Positions 41,471 through 49,778 are shown, numbered from the stretch's first letter. The stretch is 64,000 bases of DNA from an uncultured Bacilli bacterium (GCA_934089275.1 CAKOJJ010000001.1:180296-244295), one strand, 5' to 3'. The notes: generated from the sequence alone by a model not told the origin. Numbers and translations: made by a program.

Positions 41471-42595
41471 TTACCAAGAAAAACTTTTATGATATAGATT
41501 TTTACAATTTCCATATTTTAACAATCCATTATAGCTTGATAACCATTTGTAAAATGTTTCCTTATCAATATAATTACTATTAACCAACAAAATTAAATTT
41601 TTAATTTTTCTTTTAAAGTTATATTTAACTCTAGTTCTTAATTTCATAATAATTTTATTGTTTTTAATAATAAATCTATAACCTAAAAAATCTATACCAT
41701 TTTTTATTCCATTAATCTTTGTTTTATTTATATTCAACTCTAATTTTAACTTATTAGTAAGATATTTTTCTATTTTCTCTAAACAATAATTCAAATATTT
41801 TTTATCTTCATGAATAATAACAAAATCATCCATATAATTAACTACATATTTTAAATGTAAATCTTCTTTTAAATAATGATTAAAATCACATAAATAAATT
41901 AAACCAAACGCTTGATATGTTTGATTACCAATACTACAACCTTTATTATATTTATATAAAGGTATTTCCTCAGTTTCTTTTATTAACTCCAAATTATCTA
42001 AATACTTAATTCGATTATTTTTTAATTTTTTTATACAATCATTTATATAAGCGGAATTGGTACTATCAATTATTCTATAAAGTACTTCTAAAGCATCTTT
42101 ATCTTTTATTTTTCTATTTAAAATACATTTTAAAACATCATGATCTATATTATAAAAATATTTTTTTATATCCAATTTTAAATAATAAAAATTACTATTC
42201 TTATATTTAATTTCATTTAAATATTTTTTTACAAGATTAATTCCATAACTAGACCCTTTATTAATTCTAGTTGCATACATAGAATTAGTATAAATATTTT
42301 CATATACATCAACTAATAAATATTTAGCTATTAAATGGTTAATTACTTTATCTTCTATACTTTGAGACATTATTACTCGAGATTTAGGATCTGTAATAAG
42401 AAATATATTATATCTAGAAAAATTTATATTTTTAGACATTAATTTATTTCTAATATTAATGATATGCTCTGTTTTATATAACATAAACTTTTCAGCTTTT
42501 TCTTTGTTTCTTACTTTAGAACATACTAAATCACACATTTTGCTAATATTATCTATATCATATACTTTATAATAAATATTAGATACTCTTTTCAT
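41471..42595 (-). CDS. DGR-type reverse transcriptase
   Basis: RT motifs SRVIMSQSIEDKVINHLI, ATRINKGSSYG, YLKLDIKKYFYNIDH, SIGNQTYQAF (the motif-4 position where DGR RTs carry [ILV]GxxxSQ), YMDDFVII and IDFLGYRF. 374 aa with no maturase or endonuclease domain. Confidence 0.9.
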   Translation of the reverse strand: MKRVSNIYYKVYDIDNISKMCDLVCSKVRNKEKAEKFMLYKTEHIINIRNKLMSKNINFSRYNIFLITDPKSRVIMSQSIEDKVINHLIAKYLLVDVYENIYTNSMYATRINKGSSYGINLVKKYLNEIKYKNSNFYYLKLDIKKYFYNIDHDVLKCILNRKIKDKDALEVLYRIIDSTNSAYINDCIKKLKNNRIKYLDNLELIKETEEIPLYKYNKGCSIGNQTYQAFGLIYLCDFNHYLKEDLHLKYVVNYMDDFVIIHEDKKYLNYCLEKIEKYLTNKLKLELNINKTKINGIKNGIDFLGYRFIIKNNKIIMKLRTRVKYNFKRKIKNLILLVNSNYIDKETFYKWLSSYNGLLKYGNCKNLYHKSFSW

Positions 42596-42974
42596 ATTTA
42601 AACCAACTTCTAACCATTAAATCTAGTTCAAGCAAATGAGTACTATAACTTTCAAACTTTTTATTAATAATTAAATCTTTTCTTAAAGCCTCTTCCAAAT
42701 AAAAATTCAACATTTGAATATTTACAACAATTTCTTTTTTATGATCTACTTCTTGAAATATATTAGCTCGATATATATTTTCTAATATAGAATAACTAGA
42801 TTCAATAATTCTAGTTTTTAACACTTTATAAGTATTTGGAAAACTCATTGTATTTCTTTCAATATATCTAATTGTTTTACGTGCTTGTTTTGCAATTAAA
42901 AACTTTTCATGAGGTTTATATTTATTATATAAATTATCTAATTTTTGTTTTTTCTTAATATTTACTTCTTCCAT
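42579..42974 (-). CDS. avd: Avd-like accessory variability determinant (four-helix-bundle, 23S rRNA IVS protein family)
   Basis: 131 aa, basic and helical (SYSILENIYRAN ... LELDLMVRSWF). Overlaps the RT start by 17 nt and lies immediately downstream of TR. Confidence 0.75.
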   Translation of the reverse strand: MEEVNIKKKQKLDNLYNKYKPHEKFLIAKQARKTIRYIERNTMSFPNTYKVLKTRIIESSYSILENIYRANIFQEVDHKKEIVVNIQMLNFYLEEALRKDLIINKKFESYSTHLLELDLMVRSWFKYEKSI

Positions 42975-43147
42975 AAGACATTTTTATAATAAAAAAAGCA
43001 GTAAGGATAGAAAACAAAGAAGTTCATGTTATTTACTACTAATCTAAGTTTTCATTTACTGCATATATTTTGTGTTTCCACACGGAATATTCTTATTTCC
43101 AAATCTCTAATTTAAAATATTACTAATTAAATAAAGTATATTGGAAG

Positions 43148-43302
43148 TTCAGGGAGACAGGACTAGTTGCAATTGACAGAACCAGAAGAGTTCACATTGC
43201 AGTTCTCATTAGTCGAGTTATCGTTGCAATTCACGTTGCCATTCGAATTAGCATTGCAGTTGAATGCATCAGAGTTGCAGTTGAAGTTAGAACTATTGTC
43301 AC
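43148..43302 (-). repeat. DGR template repeat (TR)
   Basis: Aligns without gaps to 43497..43651 (offset 349). In the coding sense, 18 of 45 aligned codons are AAC/AAT, and in that frame it reads ...NCNSDAFNCNANSNGNVNCNDNSTNENCNVNSSGSVNCN*. Confidence 0.9.
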
Positions 43303-43452
43303 CAAAGCTCCATTAAATTCAAAATACCCCAAAATTTTTATTATATTTCCTTTCTAATTTATTAATTTTTTTGAAATAGTTGATACCAACCATTTCAAAA
43401 CTTTAATGCCTACACTTTCGTTCGGCACTTTTTCGTCGCACTGCTCCTCAAC

Positions 43453-43496
43453 ATCTTTTGATAAATCAAAAGATAGATTTTAGATATTCAGATATC
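43453..43496 (-). promoter_or_regulatory. two hairpins immediately 3' of VR (candidate DGR target-recognition structure and/or terminator)
   Basis: gatat-tcag-atatc (43483..43496) abuts the TR/VR-shared 18-mer. atcttttgat-aa-atcaaaagat (43453..43474) is a perfect 10-bp inverted repeat. Neither has a counterpart next to TR. Confidence 0.45.
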
Positions 43497-43651
43497 TTCA
43501 GGGAGACAGGACTACGCGCAATAGACAGAACCAGAAGAGCGCACAATGCAGCTCTCATCAGCCGAGCGATCGTAGCAATACACGGCGCCATCCGAATAAG
43601 CATTGCAGCTGAATGCATCAGAGCTGCAGCCGAAGTTAGAACTATTGACAC
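43497..43651 (-). repeat. DGR variable repeat (VR), 3' end of the target gene
   Basis: 22 mismatches to TR, all where TR has A in the coding sense (T on the + strand), changed to C, G or T, plus one non-A mismatch at 43515. The first 18 nt (43497..43514, including the stop TAG) are identical to TR. Confidence 0.9.
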
Positions 43652-44381
43652 TACAAGCTGATTCTCCAAAATGATTTTTCAATGCTAAAACTGAATTGTC
43701 ATAATCATTCATTTTTATACAAAATAATCCATTATCATTTATACATACACCCGTTGCATTATTTAAATCTAGTCCTACAAAAACATTTTTACCTAATGTT
43801 GTATAATTTGTTGTACTTGATGTTGTTGGTGTTCCATATTCGAAATATGTTGGCATCCATGCTACAAATGTTGGTTTTGTTTCTCCTAATGTATCTCTTT
43901 CGACTGCATTGAATTCTAATTTACATATATATTCTTCACTTACTTCTTCTGTTGATGTTTTATCTAGTGTTATTGTTAATGTTCCATTTAATGTTTCTTT
44001 TGCTTTAACTATTGTTGCATCATTTTCCAGTTTATTTTTGATACTTGTATATTTTGCTGTTGTTCCTTCTTTTGGTACACATATTACACTTACTTCTGCA
44101 TCATAGTTACTTGAATTATTTGTTACTTCATATGTTAACACTGAAGTTTGATTAAGTGTCTTTAATTCACTTGTTTCAAAAGTAATTGTTTTCTTTGTAT
44201 CGTCTATTACTGAACTATATACATCCTTTCCATCTATACTTGCAGCTGTGAAGATTACACTGAAATCTTCATTGTTTTCGCTTACTTTTGCATTTCCATT
44301 TATTACTAATGTTGTTGATACTGCTGCAAAACCTATCGACATTAGTAATATTGCTACTATAAGCATACTTTTCTTCTTCAT
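43512..44381 (-). CDS. DGR variable (target) protein; secreted or membrane-anchored, with a C-terminal Cys-rich variable region
   Basis: N-terminal signal/anchor MKKKSMLIVAILLMSIGFAAVSTTL. The last 45 codons are the VR: VNSSNFGCSSDAFSCNAYSDGAVYCYDRSADESCIVRSSGSVYCA*. Confidence 0.9.
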   Translation of the reverse strand: MKKKSMLIVAILLMSIGFAAVSTTLVINGNAKVSENNEDFSVIFTAASIDGKDVYSSVIDDTKKTITFETSELKTLNQTSVLTYEVTNNSSNYDAEVSVICVPKEGTTAKYTSIKNKLENDATIVKAKETLNGTLTITLDKTSTEEVSEEYICKLEFNAVERDTLGETKPTFVAWMPTYFEYGTPTTSSTTNYTTLGKNVFVGLDLNNATGVCINDNGLFCIKMNDYDNSVLALKNHFGESACSVNSSNFGCSSDAFSCNAYSDGAVYCYDRSADESCIVRSSGSVYCA

Positions 44382-44400
44382 ATTTTTACCTACCTTTTCT

Positions 44401-44437
44401 ACATTTTTATTTTATAATACCCCCCCCGATTTTCAAG
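44401..44437 (-). promoter_or_regulatory. conserved promoter block with a G8 tract (copy 2), upstream of the DGR target gene
   Basis: Identical 37-mer to 26663..26699. Similarity continues to the start codon and partly further upstream (shared gtttaca). Confidence 0.55.
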
Positions 44438-44603
44438 TCATTTTGAAGGGTTTACATAAATTTTTAAATTTTTTTACACTTTAAGAAATTTTAACTTACA
44501 TTTTTATTTTCACCTAATTTCACACACCTATCCTATTTTTAATTATACTACATATTTGTTGTAATTGTATTCTTTATTTTTAGTATGTGTAAAGTAAATT
44601 GTT

Positions 44604-44638
44604 CCATAAAAAAATTGTTAAGATATCTTAACAATTTT
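44604..44638 (-). terminator. rho-independent terminator overlapping the greA stop codon
   Basis: aaaattgttaagat / atcttaacaatttt perfect inverted repeat (44611..44638), followed by a T-run on the minus strand. The stem contains the last greA codons. Confidence 0.6.
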
Positions 44639-45088
44639 AACATCATAATCGCCGTTTGGACTTGGAACTTTAACTATGTCTCCAACTTTCTTACCAGATA
44701 ATGCTTTACCTATTGGTGATTCATCACTGATCTTATTTGCAAATGGATCAGCTTCTAGAGAACCAACAATTTTATATTCGTCAGTATCATCATCACCAAC
44801 ATATTCTATTTCAACAGTAGAACCTAAACCAACAACATCTTTTGGAGCTTCTTCTATGATAACAGCATGTTCAATCATATATTCAAGTTCTTTAATTCTT
44901 GCTTCTACTTGAGCTTGTTCATTTCTAGCAGCATCGTAGTCGGCATTTTCAGATAAATCACCTTGAGCTCTTGCTTCTTTAATAGCTTGAATAATTCTTG
45001 GTCTATCTTCTTCTCTTAATTTATTTAGTTCATTTTCAACTTCTAAATAACCATTAGCAGTCAATTTAATTTCTTTTTTTCCTGGCAT
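44618..45088 (-). CDS. greA: transcription elongation factor GreA
   Basis: LTANGYLEVENELNKLREEDRPRIIQAIKEARAQGDLSENADYDAARNEQ is canonical GreA. 156 aa. Confidence 0.95.
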   Translation of the reverse strand: MPGKKEIKLTANGYLEVENELNKLREEDRPRIIQAIKEARAQGDLSENADYDAARNEQAQVEARIKELEYMIEHAVIIEEAPKDVVGLGSTVEIEYVGDDDTDEYKIVGSLEADPFANKISDESPIGKALSGKKVGDIVKVPSPNGDYDVKIVKIS

Positions 45089-45157
45089 AATTAGTCACCC
45101 TTCTTTAATAAATATTTGTTTATCAAAACTACTTTCATAAGATTACTACATAATGGT

Positions 45158-46354
45158 CTAAAAGTCAAACACTTTTAAACGCATCATGTCATATTTTTTT
45201 AATTCAAATGGTACACGAATCTTAACAATCATTTGAGGATGATTAGCTTCTTCCACTATTTTTCCATCTTCATCTAATATTTCTTCTATACGAAAGTTTC
45301 TAGTTTCTGTTGACGGTCCAAAAAATTGAACTTCATCACCTATTTTAAAATAGTTTCTTTCTTCAATTGTTGCAATTCCGTCTTTATAGTCTATGATCAA
45401 CCCTAAAAAATCTTGATTAGAATATTCACATCTACCCAAATAATATTGTTCTTCAACTCCAGGTAATTTATCAAAGAATTGTGGAGTTGATTCACGATTA
45501 GCTACACGATTCAAAATATTTAAAGCATAGTTCGAATATTCAGGAGTTAAAGTATTATTTAAAATTTTATCAATTAATCTTCTATAAATAAGTATTACAG
45601 TAGATACATAATAAATACTACGCATTCTTCCTTCAATTTTAAATGAATTAACTCCAGCATCAATCATATCTTTAATAAAAGGTACCATATTTAAATCTTT
45701 TGGAGTCATTGAAAAAGGTTCTTCGCATACCTTTTGACCATCTTTTTCATAATCAAAAGTCCAACGACATATTTGAGCACATCCACCTCTATTGGAATCC
45801 CTGTTGGTACAATAATTAGAAAGCACACATCTACCGCTTATACTTGTGCACATTGCTCCATGAACAAAACATTCAATTTCTAATCCAGTTTCCTCTTTTA
45901 TTCTTTTTATATCTTCTTTATTTGCTTCACGCGCTAAAACTACTCTAGTTGCTCCTAAATTCTTATAGAATAAAGCAGCCTCATAATTTAAAATTGATGC
46001 TTGAGTTGATACATGTATACATAAATCTATGTTATTTTCACGAATCATATTCATAACTGCAACATCACTTGTAATTATGGCATCAACATGAATTTCACTT
46101 AAATAAATTAAATAATCTTTTAAACCTTTAAAGTCTTCATAATGAAACACTATATTAACTGTAACATATACTTTTTTCCCTAAAGAATGAGCATAATCAA
46201 CAGCCGTTTTTATTTCATCCAAATCCAAATTCTTAGCATTAGCTCTTAAAGAATAATTTTTATAACCAAAATATACAGCATCAGCTCCATACATAAAAGC
46301 ATATTTTATTTTTTCTAAAGAACCAGCTGGAGCAAGTAATTCAATATTTTCCAT
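45158..46354 (-). CDS. peptidase U32 family protein (YrrO/TrhP-like, tRNA U34 hydroxylation)
   Basis: ELLAPAGSLEKIKYAFMYGADAVYFG and the Cys cluster CTNRDSNRGGCAQICR, typical of U32. Synteny with Bacillus yrrO. Confidence 0.85.
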   Translation of the reverse strand: MENIELLAPAGSLEKIKYAFMYGADAVYFGYKNYSLRANAKNLDLDEIKTAVDYAHSLGKKVYVTVNIVFHYEDFKGLKDYLIYLSEIHVDAIITSDVAVMNMIRENNIDLCIHVSTQASILNYEAALFYKNLGATRVVLAREANKEDIKRIKEETGLEIECFVHGAMCTSISGRCVLSNYCTNRDSNRGGCAQICRWTFDYEKDGQKVCEEPFSMTPKDLNMVPFIKDMIDAGVNSFKIEGRMRSIYYVSTVILIYRRLIDKILNNTLTPEYSNYALNILNRVANRESTPQFFDKLPGVEEQYYLGRCEYSNQDFLGLIIDYKDGIATIEERNYFKIGDEVQFFGPSTETRNFRIEEILDEDGKIVEEANHPQMIVKIRVPFELKKYDMMRLKVFDF

Positions 46355-47130
46355 TATTTATAGTCCTCCAATTTAAATACAGTTTTTTTATTTAAGAAGC
46401 CATCATCGCCATAATTCTTACCATCAATTATATCTTTTATTTCACTCACGCTTAAACCAAGATTTAATACTAAGAAAAACATTACTTTATCTTCATATTT
46501 AGGAATTAAAGAAACATAATTAAAATAAGTATTATTAAATATATATGTTCCATAAACACTCTCTCTTGCTAAAAATTTATTACCAGTTATTTTTTCATTT
46601 AAAACCATATCATTATAATCACTTAATCCTGCATGTTTATTAAAATTTGTAAGCAAAGTTCTTCTTGAATACATGATATTATTTTTTCCCAATATTGGAA
46701 GTATAAGTGGTTTAACAGAATTATTAATTATTTCATCTATTTCTTCTTTTGTGATTTCATTTGAAATAACTGCACTTGTACATCCATTTTTCAAATGAAA
46801 ATTAATTGAATTATAATTTACTGCAAAATGAACTTGATTCCAAATAAGAGGAGTGTTTGTATCTTTAAATATATTGAAAACTCCTAAATCTTCAAAGATA
46901 ATTCCTTTAAATCTTAAAAATTCATTTTTAATACTTTTCAATTCATCAATTGCAACTGTATCCATTACTCTGTTTAAATAAACATATGCATCATCTGGAA
47001 TATCACATAAATCAAAAGAATTATAACCAATAGAAAAATTCTTAACAGCAAAAAGAAAATTGGTGATTCCAACTTTCTTATATTCTTCCATTTCACTTAA
47101 ATTGTTTATATTAATCAATATTTTTGACAT
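46354..47130 (-). CDS. peptidase U32 family protein, second subunit type (YrrN-like)
   Basis: Position and size match yrrN, with weak U32-like features. Start placed at MSKILININ after AGGAAG; it is uncertain. Confidence 0.6.
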   Translation of the reverse strand: MSKILININNLSEMEEYKKVGITNFLFAVKNFSIGYNSFDLCDIPDDAYVYLNRVMDTVAIDELKSIKNEFLRFKGIIFEDLGVFNIFKDTNTPLIWNQVHFAVNYNSINFHLKNGCTSAVISNEITKEEIDEIINNSVKPLILPILGKNNIMYSRRTLLTNFNKHAGLSDYNDMVLNEKITGNKFLARESVYGTYIFNNTYFNYVSLIPKYEDKVMFFLVLNLGLSVSEIKDIIDGKNYGDDGFLNKKTVFKLEDYK

Positions 47131-47722
47131 CTTCATCAGACTTCCTAAAACTAACTGATAATCCATCACCTATATCATAGAATTTAGTGACAAACTCTTC
47201 ATTAGTACGTAAAAATTCAATATATTTTTCAATTTTAGTTACTAATCCTAAAACATTTCTTGATTCAATTTTATCTTTATCAGCTACTAAACCATGAAAT
47301 TTTAAGTTATCAGTGATGATTACACCACCTTTAGATAAATAGTTTTGGAACTTTTCAAAGAATTTTATATATTGACCTTTAGCTGCATCGATAAATATTA
47401 AATCGTATTCATGATCAACTAAATTAACATCTAAAGCATCATTAAACACTATTTCAATTCTTTTATCCATTCCTGTACGATTAACGTTTTTAACAGCTTC
47501 TCTATAACGTTTATCATCTCTTTCAATAGTTGTAACCTCTACATCATCATCAACGCTTGCCATAAGAATTGCTGAATAACCAATAGCAGTTCCTAATTCA
47601 AGAATTTTTTTAACATTATTAAGTTTAATATATTTTTGTATAAATTTTATGGAATCATGCTCAATTATAGGCACATTATTAGCCTCAGCATACCTTTCCA
47701 TTTCCTTTATAACATCGTTCAT
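47111..47722 (-). CDS. class I O-methyltransferase (YrrM/TrmR-like)
   Basis: ILELGTAIGYSAI SAM motif and IFIDAAK. Synteny with Bacillus yrrM. Confidence 0.85.
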   Translation of the reverse strand: MNDVIKEMERYAEANNVPIIEHDSIKFIQKYIKLNNVKKILELGTAIGYSAILMASVDDDVEVTTIERDDKRYREAVKNVNRTGMDKRIEIVFNDALDVNLVDHEYDLIFIDAAKGQYIKFFEKFQNYLSKGGVIITDNLKFHGLVADKDKIESRNVLGLVTKIEKYIEFLRTNEEFVTKFYDIGDGLSVSFRKSDEDVKNID

Positions 47723-47737
47723 TTTTACTTCTCCTCT

Positions 47738-48823
47738 TTAAGACAAAAGACCTTTGCTTATAAGCTCATTATTAGTCTTTTGATGTTCTAAATACGTTTT
47801 ATTATAATATACTTTGCCATTCACATCGGCAATAAAATAGAAATAATCATTAGTATTTGGATTTATAGCTGCATCAATTGACATAATTGATGGACTACAA
47901 ATTGGTCCGATTGGGATTCCTGTAGTACAAGCTCCCCTAGTATTATATGCATTGCACGAATTAAGATCACTATTTACTATATCCGAGCAATTTTTCTTCA
48001 CTCCATAGCAAGCTGTAACATCGCTTCCAAGAGGCATATTGTTTTTTATTCTATTTTGGAATACACCAGATATTTCTTTTCTATCGCTTTCGCTAGACGC
48101 TTCTAATTCTATCACACTCGCAAGAGTAAGTAAACTATTAATATTTATCTTATTAGTTTCAATATATTCCTTATATGGCTTTAATTTATTATTCATACCA
48201 TTTAAAAGAACTTCAATTGCTTCTTTAACAGTAGCATCTTTTTTTATAAAATAAGTATCAGGGAATAAATATCCTTCTAATGGATAATATACGCCATCCT
48301 TTAAAATATCATCAGTTATAAACCAATATTTTTCAATCAAACTATTTAAATATTCTTTATCTTTACATGCATTTATTACATCGTCTTTAGCAAATGACAA
48401 GTTATTTGCAAGAACTTCAGCATAATCAGTAAAACGTTTTCCTTCAATAAATGTAATTGCTGTTTCATTTTTATCTACATTGGTTCCATTACTTAAATTT
48501 TCCAATATTTCTACTAAAGACATACTTTTACTTAATCTATAATTTCCTGCTAAAAAATCTTTTTGATAACTAATTTTAACAAAAACTTTCGTAAAATTTA
48601 CGTTTTTAATTAAGCCTTCTTTTTTTAGATTAACTATAATTTGATTTTTACTTGATCCACTTTCAACATTAAACATCACTTCATCAGTATTTGAAGAGTT
48701 TACTGGCATAATCATAAAGAAAGTTATTCCACCAATGATAACTAGAAAAGCAAAAACCACAATTAAAAGTATTAATACTAGTTTCTTTATTTTTTTGCTT
48801 ATTTTATCGACATCATTATTCAT
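47738..48823 (-). CDS. mltG: endolytic murein transglycosylase MltG (YceG family)
   Basis: N-terminal TM helix. LASVIELEA catalytic Glu region, then FQNR...GSDVT...YNTR. Start set at MNNDVDK behind GGTGA. Confidence 0.85.
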   Translation of the reverse strand: MNNDVDKISKKIKKLVLILLIVVFAFLVIIGGITFFMIMPVNSSNTDEVMFNVESGSSKNQIIVNLKKEGLIKNVNFTKVFVKISYQKDFLAGNYRLSKSMSLVEILENLSNGTNVDKNETAITFIEGKRFTDYAEVLANNLSFAKDDVINACKDKEYLNSLIEKYWFITDDILKDGVYYPLEGYLFPDTYFIKKDATVKEAIEVLLNGMNNKLKPYKEYIETNKININSLLTLASVIELEASSESDRKEISGVFQNRIKNNMPLGSDVTACYGVKKNCSDIVNSDLNSCNAYNTRGACTTGIPIGPICSPSIMSIDAAINPNTNDYFYFIADVNGKVYYNKTYLEHQKTNNELISKGLLS

Positions 48824-49127
48824 TCTTATCACCAGTTGTTGCATCAGTTTTTTCTTTAATCATGTCAATTACACTAGAAAGAATATTATCTATTATCTTC
48901 CATTCTTTATCAGTAGTTAAAGGTAATAGTTTTAAATCATCACCAGTTTTATCATATGTATTGGCATAAACTTTAGTGTTACCAGCTTTATCAGTTGTAT
49001 TGTCAGTATATGCAATATAACTTTTTCCTGTTTCATCAGAATCAAACGTAAACAAAACATCACAAACTAATTCTTCACCTTTATCATTTTTTATAACAAT
49101 TTTTCCATTATCTAACATTAGATCCAC
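48816..49127 (-). CDS. DUF1292 family protein (YrzB-like)
   Basis: About 100 aa and acidic. Segment EELVCDVLFTFDSDETGKSYIAYTD. Synteny between ruvX and mltG. Confidence 0.7.
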   Translation of the reverse strand: MDLMLDNGKIVIKNDKGEELVCDVLFTFDSDETGKSYIAYTDNTTDKAGNTKVYANTYDKTGDDLKLLPLTTDKEWKIIDNILSSVIDMIKEKTDATTGDKNE

Positions 49128-49536
49128 TTCCTATTCTTTTTAAATAAGTATCCAATATGATACTTGCTGCCACCGAATCTATAACTTCTTTTCTGTTTTT
49201 TCTACTCATATCAGCTCCAATAAGATACTTTTCAGCCTCAACCGTACTTAATCTTTCATCGATTAAATTAATAGACATTCCTGATGCTTTTTCAAGTTTT
49301 TCTTTAAATATATTGGTCCTTTCAATCGCTTCCCCTAAAGTATTATTCATATTCTTAGGATAACCAAGTACTAGAACTTCAATATGTAATTCATCAATCA
49401 AACTTAAAACATCAGCTACTAATTCATCAATATCATTATATCTTAAAGTTTTATAAGGGTTTGAGATTATTCCCAACTTATCAGACACAGCAAGACCTAA
49501 TGTCTTCGTGCCCAAATCCATTCCAAGAGCTTTCAT
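49108..49536 (-). CDS. ruvX: Holliday junction resolvase-like putative pre-16S rRNA nuclease RuvX/YqgF
   Basis: MKALGMDLGTKTLGLAVSD... and DERLSTVEAE motifs. Confidence 0.9.
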   Translation of the reverse strand: MKALGMDLGTKTLGLAVSDKLGIISNPYKTLRYNDIDELVADVLSLIDELHIEVLVLGYPKNMNNTLGEAIERTNIFKEKLEKASGMSINLIDERLSTVEAEKYLIGADMSRKNRKEVIDSVAASIILDTYLKRIGSGSNVR

Positions 49537-49778
49537 TAGTTTTCTAAATAGTTCCTAACCATAAGTTCTAAAACTTTATTCCTATCAAGATTAAGCATCT
49601 TATCACGAGCATTTTTGTAGTTAGTTATATATCCAGGATCTCCAGATACTAAATAACCAACAATTTGACTAATCGGATTATATCCTTTTTCTTTTAACGC
49701 ATCATAAATCTCATCTAAAGTAGTTTCAATTAATGCATTAGTTATATCTTCAATTTCAAATAGAGTTGTCTTATCCAT
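49536..49778 (-). CDS. IreB/UPF0297 family protein (YrzL-like)
   Basis: KGYNPISQIVGYLVSGDPGYIT is the UPF0297 signature. 80 aa. Confidence 0.8.
   Translation of the reverse strand: MDKTTLFEIEDITNALIETTLDEIYDALKEKGYNPISQIVGYLVSGDPGYITNYKNARDKMLNLDRNKVLELMVRNYLEN

Larger units (their letters stand above)
41471..44437 (-). mobile_element. diversity-generating retroelement cassette (promoter, target gene with VR, TR, avd, RT)
   Basis: See the component features. The TR/VR pair has adenine-specific mismatches and lies next to an Avd-like gene and an RT. Confidence 0.9.

Noticed and set aside
41471-42595. The RT as a retron, group II intron or Abi-type defence RT
   Set aside because: There is no msr/msd-like inverted repeats upstream, no intron RNA domains and no maturase or endonuclease extension. 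The adjacent Avd-like gene and the TR/VR pair with adenine-only mismatches fit a DGR instead.
43458-43669. Two 67-aa ORFs (+ and -) over the VR
   Set aside because: They are alternative frames of the locally GC-richer VR. The real frame is the 3' end of 43512..44381, which aligns codon by codon with TR.
41383-44617. Prophage or ICE carrying the DGR
   Set aside because: No integrase, terminase, capsid, tail or conjugation genes are present. No flanking direct repeats were noticed. The neighbours are core genes.
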